From the NCBI RefSeq assembly GCF_009914755.1, contig NC_060934.1: DNA of 64,000 nt; one strand, given 5' to 3'. The stretch comes from the human T2T-CHM13v2.0 reference genome, Homo sapiens. Shown here one piece after another: positions 50,026-64,000 of the stretch. Under the pieces are notes generated by a model that saw only the letters and a list, made by a program, of their open reading frames with translations, ran no database searches and had not been told where the DNA came from. The stretch's first letter is position 1, and each line of letters starts with the position of its first letter. Both the position numbers and the translations under genes were made by a program.

Positions 50026-50929
50026 ACCCCATCCCCATGCCCATCACTCTCTATCCCTCACCTTTTAACTTCCTTCAAAACTAGTTACATTCCTTGACAT
50101 GTTAAATATTAATTTGTTTATTGTCTGCTTTCTACCAACTAGAATGCACCATGCATGAGAGCAGAAATTGTTTCCTCTAACTATTTTCATTGTTCTTAGA
50201 AGTGTTGGTGCTTACGAATAGTTTCTCATTAAATAAATGACAGAACTATTTGAAATTGCCTAATTAACACATGCACCTAATTTCTGTCTTTATGTCTTCA
50301 CCACCTTCCCTGACATACAAGCCTTTGAAGACACAGCTGTAGAGGAGAAGGGGAGGGTTATTCAACCGCATTTACAAATCATAACTGATTTTAACTTCTG
50401 TATTTTCAGACCTCCCCAGCGACTTTCTCTCAGGAAACTCCACTCCCAACTGACAGGTGCTATTTCCAGCCAGTCCTATGCTGTTGCAAATAGTGAGTCC
50501 ATGAATGCCCTCTGCCGTGTGCATTACTTATTTTCATCAGCAGATCTTCGTAACACACTCCTGGAAGTGGGATGACGGGGTCAAAAGGCGAATCCATACA
50601 TAAGTTAAATAGATATTGCTCAATTCTCTTCCACGGGGTTCAGACCATTTTGGATTTCTACGAGCAATGAAGACAGTGCTATTCCTCTACACCCTGGCCG
50701 GCCAACTGAGCGTGGTTAAACGTGGGGAGGGAGGAGGGTGAGGTTACCAACCTGATGGTTGAGAAAGGGCCTCCGCCCAGCGCGCCCTTCCTCCACCCCC
50801 ACCCGAGAGACAGCTGAACTCCGGCCGGGACGCGCGTGTTGCCAGTCCAGCCCTGCACCGCGTCCCCTGAGGGCGGGCTGCAGGCGGCCGGGAAGCCTTG
50901 CACAACCGGCCCAAAAGAGGAAGCCCAGA

Positions 50930-51096
50930 AAGTGCTGAAGTAAACACTTAGGGAGACCGTTGCAACATAAAGCGGCCTCTCAGTCTTTGGTGGAACCATC
51001 ACTAGGCCCCAATCCCTTAGTCCCTCTTGCGTCGAGGCTGCAAAATGGTTCCATTCGCCAGGAGACGCTCCTGAGAGAAGGGCGCGCGCGGCACAG
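50930..51096 (+). other. APBB1IP: Non-coding exon 1 (5' UTR); TSS approximate
   Basis: Ends at donor CAG|GTAGGG (intron starts 51097). Confidence 0.75.
51045..51074 (+). other. Upstream ORF MVPFARRRS* in exon 1
   Basis: aaaATGG (A at -3, G at +4), 9 codons, TGA at 51072-51074. Translation not shown. Confidence 0.6.
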
Positions 51097-51301
51097 GTAG
51101 GGGAGGGATAACAGAGGAAGGCGCAACGTTTCCCAGAATTAAAATAAAATAAAATAAAATAAAAATCCCTTCAAAGTGGTTGTGTAGTAGGGGTGGGATG
51201 GGGGAGAGAAAATCAGGCGCAGACTCGATGAGTTGGAGAAAGCAGCCCCTAACTCGGAGTCCTTTACGCATATGTTTGTCTGTCCCACTGTCTCTAACCA
51301 G

Positions 51302-51503
51302 GGGCCTTCCTTGCACCTCGGAGCAAAGCAGCTCGGATAGCGCCACACGTCTGCGCCCTGCGTGGGAAGGGCAGGGCTGACAGCACTTCCTCCCCGGGGC
51401 AGAGACCTGGAGCCCGGGTGCGGCAGTCTGCACCGCGCGTCGCTTTCCCGGCCGGAGCCTCGCCGCCTTCCCGCGCCCCGCAGCGCCCCGCAGAGCAGTC
51501 GAG
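51302..51503 (+). other. APBB1IP: Non-coding exon 2 (5' UTR, 202 nt, no ATG)
   Basis: Pyrimidine-rich acceptor tgtcccactgtctctaaccAG|G (51300-51301) and consensus donor GAG|GTAAGT (intron starts 51504). Confidence 0.85.
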
Positions 51504-51847
51504 GTAAGTGGCGCTCCCAGTCCCGGGAGCCCTGGGAGCGCCAGCACGGGCCCCTCGGGGCTGTCAGGAACCCGTTTGTCAAGCCCGTCGGGTCCGACGC
51601 CGGGGGCAGCTCCAGGATCTGGCCTCGTGAACGCGTGCCCCCAGGCGTGGCCCTGGAGCGCAGCGGGTCCCCAGGGTCCCCTCCGCTGATCTCCACTCTG
51701 GACCCGGCTCGCGAGGGTGGGGGTGTGAGGGTTTGGGGTTCGGGTTTGCTTTTTCCCGAGCTATTGCAACAGATTTGACAGATTTCCTGCCCAGGAAATT
51801 GCTGCAAGGTCAAACGGGGAACTGCTATGAACCCTTGCACGTCCAGC

Positions 51848-51877
51848 AGGTCAGCAGGTCAGCAGGTCAGCAGGTCC
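51848..51877 (+). promoter_or_regulatory. Tandem DR2 nuclear-receptor element (candidate RARE)
   Basis: AGGTCA gc AGGTCA gc AGGTCA gc AGGTCC, arising from (CAGCAGGT)x4 at 51844-51875. Confidence 0.6.
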
Positions 51878-54800
51878 GGGAGCCCCAGTCTCCCGGAACC
51901 TGGAGGGATTCTTGAGGGGCCAAGATTAGATGTGGATTAAATGCCAGCCGTGTGAGAATTTGAGTGTGGCTCGCAGTCTGATGCATCTTAGAGTGTTTCC
52001 TTCCTCTAAAACTTTTGGACAACTCTTTCCTCTTTTTAAAAATAACTTTTTCCCCCGAATATTCTCATTTTCATTTTAAAATACCATAAAGATAGATTTG
52101 GACACCAGGCACAAGTTTCATAATTTGGCTTGAAATGAATATCCAGAGGGCCTTTTACAGAATGGAGGAAACTAACTAGGGTGTCCTAATGTCTCCAAGA
52201 ACCTCTGCGCAGGTGTTCCACCAAAGACCTAGCCCGGTGTACCTCTTACTTTCCTGCTAAGGTATTTCTTAGTTCATACCCCTGTGGAACGTGAAATGTG
52301 TTTCCTAGAGCCACTCAGGGCATAGCGGTTCAAAAGAACTTTTAATGTGATCCTTGACGAGACGGAGTACTAGAGGAAAGTAACAAAAGAAAAGGGCCCG
52401 TGAGTTTATTATGCCCCCAGATGTTTTTTTCTGGTGGCATAACGTGGTTTAAACAAAGGTGCCGGTACTAGCTACTATTCATTTTAAAATCTGGGTCTCC
52501 AGAGAGAAATTTCAGAAAGGAAAACTTTGTCCTTTTTCATAAACCTAGAGCAGCGATTTTCCCTCTGGCCTCACTGGAATAATGGGTGGCACATGGGCCA
52601 GGACGATGATGCTGGCTGGCGAAATTAGCAAGGATCTGCTGAGAAATACTTTATAAAGTCTTCTAGTGGTATTTCCTGTCTGCTCAACGTGTGTTGTGAA
52701 AGGTCTAAGAAATTTAACTTCATCCTTAAACTATTAATAATGTGTGTCCTTAAACTATTAATCCTTAAACTATTAATAATTACTAATATTTGGGTTTTTT
52801 CTCAGCACTTGGGAGACCTGGGTTCTGGCTCTTATGTCTCCCCCATCTAGATAAGGATGATATTGATTAACTTGCATAACTTCTCCCTGGACTTCAGATA
52901 ACGTCAGTAAAGTGAGATGATTGGGCTACATTATGTCTGTTCTTAAAATAGCAATTGAGGAGTTGCTATAATTCTTTGAATTGGTCCCAACTGGAATACT
53001 GGCAACATTATATCAACATTAGAATTGCTGATCACAAATTTTTTAAAAATGGAGAAAATAATCATAATCATAACAGATTACATTCTGAAATATCAATATC
53101 TTTGAGGTCTTTTGTTTCTGAGAAGTTCCTGTAAAAGCGCAGTCAATATCTGGCCTATATGTAAAAAGGCAAATTTCCATCTTATTTGAAGACTGAGATA
53201 AGAAACAGCCCAAACTTGAACAGGTCAATATTATATTTTGAAATCTTTAAATTGCTATTTCTCAAGAAATATAACTTTGTAATATGAATTACTTTATGGC
53301 ATTACTTTAAATCTTAAACACAATACTTACTAGGTTTTATAGTATTTATTACATTTTTTGTATTTTTATATCCTAAGAATGTTCACCAGTTATCCACTAT
53401 TGATTTGCCTTTTTTCACTCATCAATCAAAGTTTTAAATAGTTCCATATTATTATTAGAATGAGCTACTTATAAAGTTCATTGCCATAAATGTCTGTTTG
53501 ATATGTCACTTTGAATTTTCTTTAAGCCATCTTACTTCCAAAGAGCATTATTATTTTCATTTTCTTCTAATTCTCTTCAATTTTATTTTAATTATTTTTA
53601 TGCCTAAAACATTTTAGTGAGTCCACAAATCTTATAATAAATTGTCTGCGTTCCATAGCCTATTGGACCACAATCTTTACAATTTTATAGGACCCCATGA
53701 GTTTATATTATGGAGACTACGGTGATCTTAGGAATGCTTGCCTCAAAACAGAACAATTTTTATTAACACAACAGGTATTTTCTCAGTATGAAAATGAATG
53801 TGTGTGTTTTATGTCACTGCTGTCATCTAAGAGGCAAGTCACTTAAAGCTTAAGCATTTATTATAAATTCATGTACATAATAAATGCCAGATTTTAAAGT
53901 GTAAGATTTCTACACTGGTTGCATGGGGATTTTAAAATACATATTACACTTTTAATTATCGTGAGAAACATGACTTTTAGAGAAAACTGCTAGATATCTG
54001 GAACAGTAATCATTAGATTTCTCTTGAAAAGAGAGAACTAGCCGCATGAAGGAATGCCATTACACCTATACCCAGTTAAAGAGACTAGATTGTACCTGCA
54101 GCTTGGAAGGGCAGACCCTGAGGACAGCTTTTGGGGGACTAGAGGATGTGACCTGCCACCACTGCATCATCATTTCCTAGCCAATTTGTGATCCCAAAAT
54201 GAGGACTCCAAAGATGCTGGCTAAATGTGCAGAATATATTAATCTCACTGAGTGGTACCATGGAAATATCACAAGCCCCTGAGATCCCATTGGCTCCACT
54301 GGTCCCAAACCTCAGGCATGAGCAAGCAGAGAGGTGACACCACTCCAAGGCATCACACGTTCTCATTATTCCACATATTCTGGAGCTTGATTCCGTGACT
54401 CAGTTTTAAAACATTTCCTGAGCGTTGACCATGAACTTGAATAATTAAGAATCATAAGAGCTATTTTCTTTCTTCTCTGTCAACTCAGTTTTCTCTTTGA
54501 TCATCACATAGTAATAGCAAATAATAATTATTATAATGTTTACTTATAAATACTACCAGGCCCTGTACTAATTTAGATGTGTCATCTTGTTAATCATCAC
54601 ATCAAGATGAAAGCACAGAGAGGGTAAGAAACTTACGCAGGAAGTAAGAAACAGAGCTGTTGTTTGAACTGGGCCATCTGATAGTGGCACCCATGAAAAA
54701 ACCTGGGGCCTTTCCACAATGAGTTTATAGTCTAGAAGAGGAGATGTAACTAGATGTAAGAGGAGATGTAGAATTCCATGCGGAACCAGAGTTGAGTGCT

Positions 54801-55776
54801 GTGGGACTACATATCAGGGTCCCTGGTCTCCCCAACCAGGGTCACGGGAGAAGGATGAATAGAAGGAAACCAAGCAAAGAACTTATCGTGTTATCATGGG
54901 AAGACAAGTTAATATAATCAACTTTGAAGTTATTATCTTTACGTGTGCCTTGAAAAAAGAATCTGCTTTGTTAGCAATCGTGTGTTTTCATTTTTGTGTT
55001 TATTTTATTCTAATCCCACATGACAGCCGGCTAGGTTGATTAAATCAACAAGCAAGCAGTGAGTTTAATATTTTTTCTAATTCTGTTGGGGATCTTTTTG
55101 ATTTAGTTTCATGTTACAGACTCATCAGTGAGATGGTTGTGGGCTGGGATGGGGGATAAAAGCTAAATCACACAGCAACTGTGTTTCCCCAAACCGACTG
55201 GAGGGTTTGCATCCAGAGAGCTACATCACATCAAACTGGAGAGAAACAAAAAATGATATTAGAGCAAGTGAATCATGACTAGATTCATTTCTTCCTTCAT
55301 GTTTTATTATGAAATGTTTCATATCTACAAAAGATGATGTATATATGTAAATCACAACAAATAATAATAAAGCCAACATCTGGGTACCTATCACCCAGCT
55401 TAAGAAGTAGAATATTTACCAAGACATTTCCTGGTCTCCTTCCAATAACATTTCCCCATTTCCCAGCTAGAGGTAATCATTATTCTGAATGTGCTAATTT
55501 TTAAAAAGCTTTTAGGAAGCATGTACATACATTTGTAAAGGATGGTGTCAAACTGGGGATTAAAGAACACTGGCATGGCAGACTGGAGTCAGGTTCTCCA
55601 CCGACTCTGGGTGGTCACAAGTAGCTTGTGCTGTTCAGTAAAGACAGCTTACTTTAATTGAATAGCATAAAAACAACATGTATTAGAAATAGTTAATAGT
55701 AAGTACCACGGAAATTGTGCTATCTTAGACATTGATAAAGTGACCAAGAATCATCAGTAAAGAACTATGAGTTTTA

Positions 55777-57320
<1,544 letters not shown>

Positions 57321-57470
57321 AATACTGATGTGCTTATTATATATAAGGCTAAAAGCAGGGTAACCATTTGGGAAGATACTGTTATTGCTCCTATTTTGCA
57401 AATTAGAAATGACAGGTAAGGGAGTTTAGGAAATTTGCCCAAGGCTACACAGTTTAAGAAATGGGACATA

Positions 57471-57938
<468 letters not shown>

Positions 57939-59379
57939 CTAAAATAAGAATATAGTTAGCTAATCAGCAATTTTCTACCTCCACAATAATCAAAACAATG
58001 GAAATTATTTTTGAGAAGTGGAAAGCAAGAAATGAATACTTAAAAACCCCATCCATAAATTCTTTTTTAAATTGTTCTTAATAGAGATAGGGTCTTGCTG
58101 TGTTGCCCAGGCTGGTCTCAAACTCCTGGGCTCAAGTGATCCTCCCGCTTCGGCCTCCTAAAGGGCTGGGCTGGGATTACAGGCATAGGCTACTATGCCT
58201 GGCCATGTAAATTCTTAACCCATGATGTAGACTTTATGCAATACAAGGCTTCCAAGACTGTGCAGTTTAAAAACAAGATTCTGCGGAAGTTAGGACAGAG
58301 ACCTTTCCCACAAAGAAGTTTTTTGTGCCCGGAGGTTTAAAATGTTTAGAATTTCAAAATCCAAACCAGATTTGGAAGATAGGAATGTTTGCCCCTTACA
58401 CAACTGGATTTCAAATGGATTCAAGTGTTATAGCAGGGCTAAAAATTCTCTAGAAGCTGTTGAAGAATGCTGGACAACACTGTTAAGATATTTGGAGAGC
58501 TGAAAGTGGTTAAGAAGTAATTACTAACAGTGATCGAGATAACTGACATTTCATTTGTCTTAGTTATTAACTGCTATCAAGCCAGGGTAATAACGACATA
58601 GTAATATTCAGTAGAATGCTGCTAAAAGGTATTCATTACCACCTAGTAGAACTGTGTTTTCCACGGGGCAGAAGTTCAGTCTTTCAAGTGTGTTTGTAGG
58701 ATTTCACCTCAAAAAGAAAAGAACAAATTAGTTATGTGGGGGCAGAAGCGGGGAATCCCACAAAATCTTTTTCAGGTGATTTCACATCATATTATAGTGT
58801 ATTATCACAATTAGGTTACTGATTAAGTAAATGTACCTATGGCCACTGTTTTTATAGCATTAACAAATTCATGCATCTCTGCTGATCACATAACATTCAC
58901 AGGTGACAGTTAGGGCAATGAACTCATTAGGTTTTGGATACAGTATTGTTTTCCTTTTAAGATAATGGCTTCCTTCTGATTAAATTTCATAAACGGTATG
59001 GCTTAGCAAACCAAGACTATTTCTTCATGTGTTTACTCATTCTGTGGCATTATATTTCCCCTGTTGTAAGCAACACACAGAAATGAAGCTGCTTGGGCCA
59101 TGAATGTCGGTAAGTGCTATGCAGTGTGGTGAAAAGATGGCCGGCCGTGAGACCACTGCAGAATGCCCAAGCTAAAATGAACAGTACTCACTGTTCCTCA
59201 AGGCTGGGTTTACAGATTGGGCTACAGTACTGAAACACACACTTCAGCTGAATCAGACTCTGCTCAATGTAATATAATTGGAACTTTTTGTCCAGTTTCA
59301 CCACACGTCTATTGATGGCCAACCCCATGCCAGTGTAGGGGGCACGTGTAGCTAAAATAGGATAAGATATGGTCCCCTG

Positions 59380-59505
59380 CCCAGCATGGTGGGTCACACC
59401 TATAGTCCCAGCTACGTGGGAGGCTGAGATAGGAGGACTGCTTGAGGCTGCAGTGAACTATGATCACGCCACTGCACTCCAGCTTGGGTGACAGAGCAAA
59501 ACCTG

Positions 59506-59541
<36 letters not shown>

Positions 59542-59561
59542 GAGATAGATAGAAATAGATA
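59380..59561 (+). repeat. Alu monomer with a (GATA)n STR tail (59507-59561)
   Basis: TSD AGATATGGTCCC flanks both Alu and STR. Confidence 0.88.
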
Positions 59562-59750
59562 TGGTCCCTACCCTCAAGAAGCTTCCAGTCTAGTGGGAAA
59601 GACAGGCATGTAAAGAAAATACATTACAGTGCAGAATGTGCAATGTTTGATACAGAAATAATATGGTGCAGATAATGATTATAGGACAGATATTATGGGG
59701 GGATGATCAAGAGGTGCTTTGAAGGAGAAAGGTATAGAAATGCCTTTCTA

Positions 59751-60174
<424 letters not shown>

Positions 60175-60294
60175 CTAATGTAACATAGAATGAGTAATAT
60201 TCAGATTATATTAATGTGATGTGGTCCCTGCAACCCAACATATTTGAGTCAAATACTGAGGCGCTTGCAATAACAGAACTGTAGCACTCTGGAG

Positions 60295-61158
60295 CAGAGC
60301 TGTCCAGTAGAACTACAAAGCAAATTACATGTTTAACTTTAAATTTCCTTGGTGCCACATTAGAAACAGTAAAAAGAACCATGACTTTTCTTTTTTTTGA
60401 GGGAGGGCCTCACTCTGTCACCCAAGCAAGAGTGCAGTGGCATGATCACAGCCACTCCCATCCCATTTTTTTATTTTTTTGAGAAACGAGGCACTATGTT
60501 GCCCTGGCTGGTCTTGAACTCTTGGGCTCAAGCAATCCTTCCACCTCGGCCTCCCAAAGTGCCGGGATTATAGGTGTAAGCCACTGTGCCCAACTGTGAT
60601 GTTAATTTTAATCACTTATTTTATTAAATGATATATCCAAAAATGATAATAGCACTCTGGATCAAATGATTATTTTTGGATATTTCATTTAATAAAATAA
60701 ACTATTAAAATGTGAATTGTTTGAAGTTATATTAAATTTAATGTTTGAAATTATATTTAACAGTAAAAATCAAGTGACATAAATTTTTACTAAAAATTTT
60801 AAAAATAATATATTACTTAATTTTGATATAATTGAAATTATGTTACATTTAAGTAATAGTAAGATTATTTCATTTTTTTTAATTTTTGTAGAGATGAGGG
60901 TCTCACCATGTTGCCCAGGCTGGTCTCAAATTTCTGGCCTCAAGTGATCTTCCCACTTCAGCCTCCCAAAGCACTGGGATTATAGGCATCCTGCCAGTAA
61001 TAGTAAAATTATTAATGAGCTATTTTATTCCATTTTTTAATACTAAGTCTTGCAAATCCAGTGTGTTTTCACACTTACTGCACATCTCATTTCAGACTAG
61101 CCACAGTTAAAGTGCTAAATGGCCTCATGTGGCTAGTGGCTGAATTGGGCAGTGCAGA
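60295..61158 (+). mobile_element. MER33 (hAT-Charlie) with two antisense Alu fragments and an AT-rich insertion
   Basis: Starts CAGAGCTGTCCAGTAGAA; ends CATGTGGCTAGTGGCT...GGCAGTGCAG. Confidence 0.75.
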
Positions 61159-62392
61159 TTGAGATAAATTCACAAATATTGCATCCTATACTATGTGTTG
61201 ACTATGCAACTGAAAGGAGGATATTAGGTGAATTCTAAAGTATTCAGAATTTTTTAGGGTAAAGGAAGTAAACAGCATTTGCAATTACTTTGGGGCCTGT
61301 CCCTACAATCTGATTTTAATTCATCTTTAAACCTACACCCAGAATGCATTATTTGCCCTCTAGTAACAAAACAACCTCAGGTAGTCATTTGCTTGCTTTC
61401 CTTTTTATCCTCTTTCTCCCCCAACTCCCCACCACCTTATATATTATGGATTCTGCCTAAAAGTAAGAAGGACTGAAAAAGAACTGGAAACAAATGGCGA
61501 AGCAGGATGCCCTAAACCCACATCCGGCAAAATGTGATCTGTTGCCCTAGGCAACCATGGTGGTCAACCCTTCTGTTTTCTTTTTTTTGCTTCCACCTGC
61601 TAGTTCACAAGCATAACACTCTCATCGACAGCCACTCTCTTTGTGGCGGTTCTCAGCTCCAAAAATACGCCTGTCTTTCATGGGAGGGCGGTAGTGCTAA
61701 GATTTGGAAAATGGGTTGGAGATGCGTAGGATATGACTCAAAAAAGACTCAAGGAGATTCCAGTGCAGTTCTTTCCTTGTTAAGAATGGTTACGGATCCC
61801 TGTTCTAGAAACTATACTTACAGATGTCCTTCCAGTGGCTTAGTCTTTTAAAAGCGTGCCTGACCTACAAAGAAAAATGGCAGTTTAACTCAGTCTCCAG
61901 GTGCATGAAGATGCAACAGACAGAAGTAACCATCCCCTTGTGGACTTGGGTGTGTGTTTATGTTTGTGTGTGTATATCTGTGTGTGTGTGAAAGAGAGAG
62001 AGAATAAATGACTGACACTTTTTTTTTCCACTGCTGGTTTTAGAGGGAAAACACAATAATAAAAATGATGATGATGATGAGGATGATAGAAATAATAGCT
62101 GATATTAAGCACTTCGTATGCACCAGGCATTATAATGAGTACATTACAAGCACTAACTACCTCATCCCTATGAAGCAGGAACTGTTGTTTTGTTTTGTGT
62201 GTGTGTCTGTGTGAGCCTTTAGTTTCTTTCTAAATTCCAGTTGAATAGAAATATTGGCATTTGTTTCAAGGGGATATCATCTTGATTGACTAAAAGTGTT
62301 CCAGGTATCAAATCATTACTGCCAATGTGATTCCATATTCTCCAATATAGTTGTCAAATTTTCTCATCAGAACCCACTCAAAGGTGCTTGAA

Positions 62393-62680
62393 GTCCAGGC
62401 ACTGTGGTTTATGCCTGTAAACGCAACTCTTTGGGAGGCTGAGGCAGGAGGATCCCTTGATCCCATGAGTTGGAGACCAGCTTGGGCAATACAATGAGAC
62501 CCTGTCTCTACAAAAAAATGAAAAAGCCAGACATGATGGCATTCTCCTGTGGTCTCAGCTACTTGGGAGGCTGAAGCAGGAGGATTAATTGAGCCCAGGA
62601 AGTCGAGCTGCAGAGAGCCATGATTGTGCCACTATACTCCAACCTGGGTGACAGAGCAAGACCCTGTCTTAAAAAAAAAA
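62393..62680 (+). mobile_element. AluJ
   Basis: Alu match; TSD-like GTGCTTGA. Confidence 0.85.
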
Positions 62681-63004
62681 GTGCTTGAGTATCAGCAACA
62701 TCCTGTCAGAAATGGTAGTATGGAAAGTAAAATTATGGAGAATGGTTTACAGCGTCTCAGAGAAGGGTATAAGAGGGCAAAGGGGGTTGTGTTAAACGCT
62801 GGGCAGTTTTGCAGTGGATCAAACACGGGCATTGGAATTGGCATTATATTTATTGGAAGGCTTATAAATACTCAGCCATTAAATGCGTCTGTACATGCAA
62901 AGCACTTAGAATAATGCCTGGCATGTAGCATGCGCTCAAAAATCAAATATCTTGTTTCAAACATTTAGAACAAAACAAAATTAAATCCCCCCTAGAAGTT
63001 ACCA

Positions 63005-63090
63005 TTGAAAACAACTCAAGTATTATCTCCTTGTATTTTGACATTTTGAAAACAACTCAAGTATTATCTCCTTGTATTTTAACATTTGAA
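63005..63090. repeat. 41-bp tandem duplication
   Basis: TTGAAAACAACTCAAGTATTATCTCCTTGTATTTT(G/A)ACATT x2. Confidence 0.92.
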
Positions 63091-63329
63091 ATAAGCCTTT
63101 GTTATCCACATGCCTCTAAGGGCATGAAACATTGTAGATTAAACACAATTTCACAGCCACTGTGTTTTAGTCAAATAGTCCATAGGTAGATGATAAGAGT
63201 ATACACTAATATTTTTATTCTTTTCTTTATTCTTCTCCTTCTCTTTGTTAAGCAGTTTTGGACAATTACTCTTTGTGGAACACTCCACTATGGCTGTGGA
63301 AAACTAGTAAATGTAAAGTTGTTCCCTGA

Positions 63330-63662
<333 letters not shown>

Positions 63663-64000
63663 TAGAACTCAGATTCTGTTTCAAGCAATGAGATGCAGGT
63701 GTGTGAAAAGTGTTAACTGTTATAGATTGGCAAAATACACAGGACGTTGAGAGACAGTAATTAATTCTAAGGAAAGAGCAATTATAAGAAATGAAAGGGG
63801 TGTTTTATTTATTTAAAATAAAATAAAGATTATTTAAATCTTTATCATATGAAATTAAGGTGACATGGAAGGCATGAAGGAAAGAAACCAGGTTGGGAGT
63901 CACATTAGAGTTGCCTTCGTTTTACTTTAGTTTTTGATAGAGATGGGTTCTCACTATGTTGCCCAGGCTGGTCTCAAATTCCTGGGCTCGGGTAATCCTC

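Larger units (their letters stand above)
50690..51900. promoter_or_regulatory. APBB1IP: CpG-island promoter of APBB1IP with GC boxes and C/EBP, ETS/PU.1 and forkhead-like motifs
   Basis: Dense CpG/GC; CCTCCGCCC ~50769; TTGCACAA 50898-50905; AAAAGAGGAAG 50913-50923; GTAAACA 50940-50946; CACTTCCTCCCC 51384-51395. Confidence 0.85.

Noticed and set aside
51017-51840. 176-, 233- and 138-aa ORFs over the APBB1IP promoter
   Set aside because: GC-rich artefacts that cross splice sites and a (TAAAA)n tract.
52724-52780. Short local duplications: CCTTAAACTATTAAT x3 here, similar ones at 10551-10583 and ~54735-54770
   Set aside because: Ordinary slippage products with no sign of function.

Overview
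Repeat-rich hominoid genomic DNA, most likely human chr10p12.1 (inferred from the gene match). No protein-coding exon can be supported. A CpG-island promoter at ~50.7-51.9 kb carries two non-coding exons (~50930-51096 and 51302-51503, + strand). I recognise these from memory, without alignment, as the 5' UTR of APBB1IP (RIAM/PREL1/RARP-1). Everything after 51503 is its long second intron, and the ATG exon lies beyond the window. The upstream 50 kb holds an orphan CpG island (~4.2-5.3 kb) and layered Alu, L1, L2, LTR and DNA-transposon fossils, many with readable target-site duplications (TSDs). Repeat subfamily names are also from memory. Nearly all ORFs in the track are repeat-derived or GC-rich artefacts. 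Best leads: (1) a tandem AGGTCA-gc-AGGTCA (DR2) array just inside intron 2 of a gene with a retinoic-acid-responsive alias; (2) a strong-Kozak 9-codon uORF in exon 1; (3) three locally templated inverted duplications, each tied to a DNA-transposon fossil, one forming a quasi-palindrome ~0.9 kb upstream of the promoter; (4) an LTR10 solo LTR with p53-type elements; (5) a twin-priming inverted L1. I see no evidence of a new multi-gene system.
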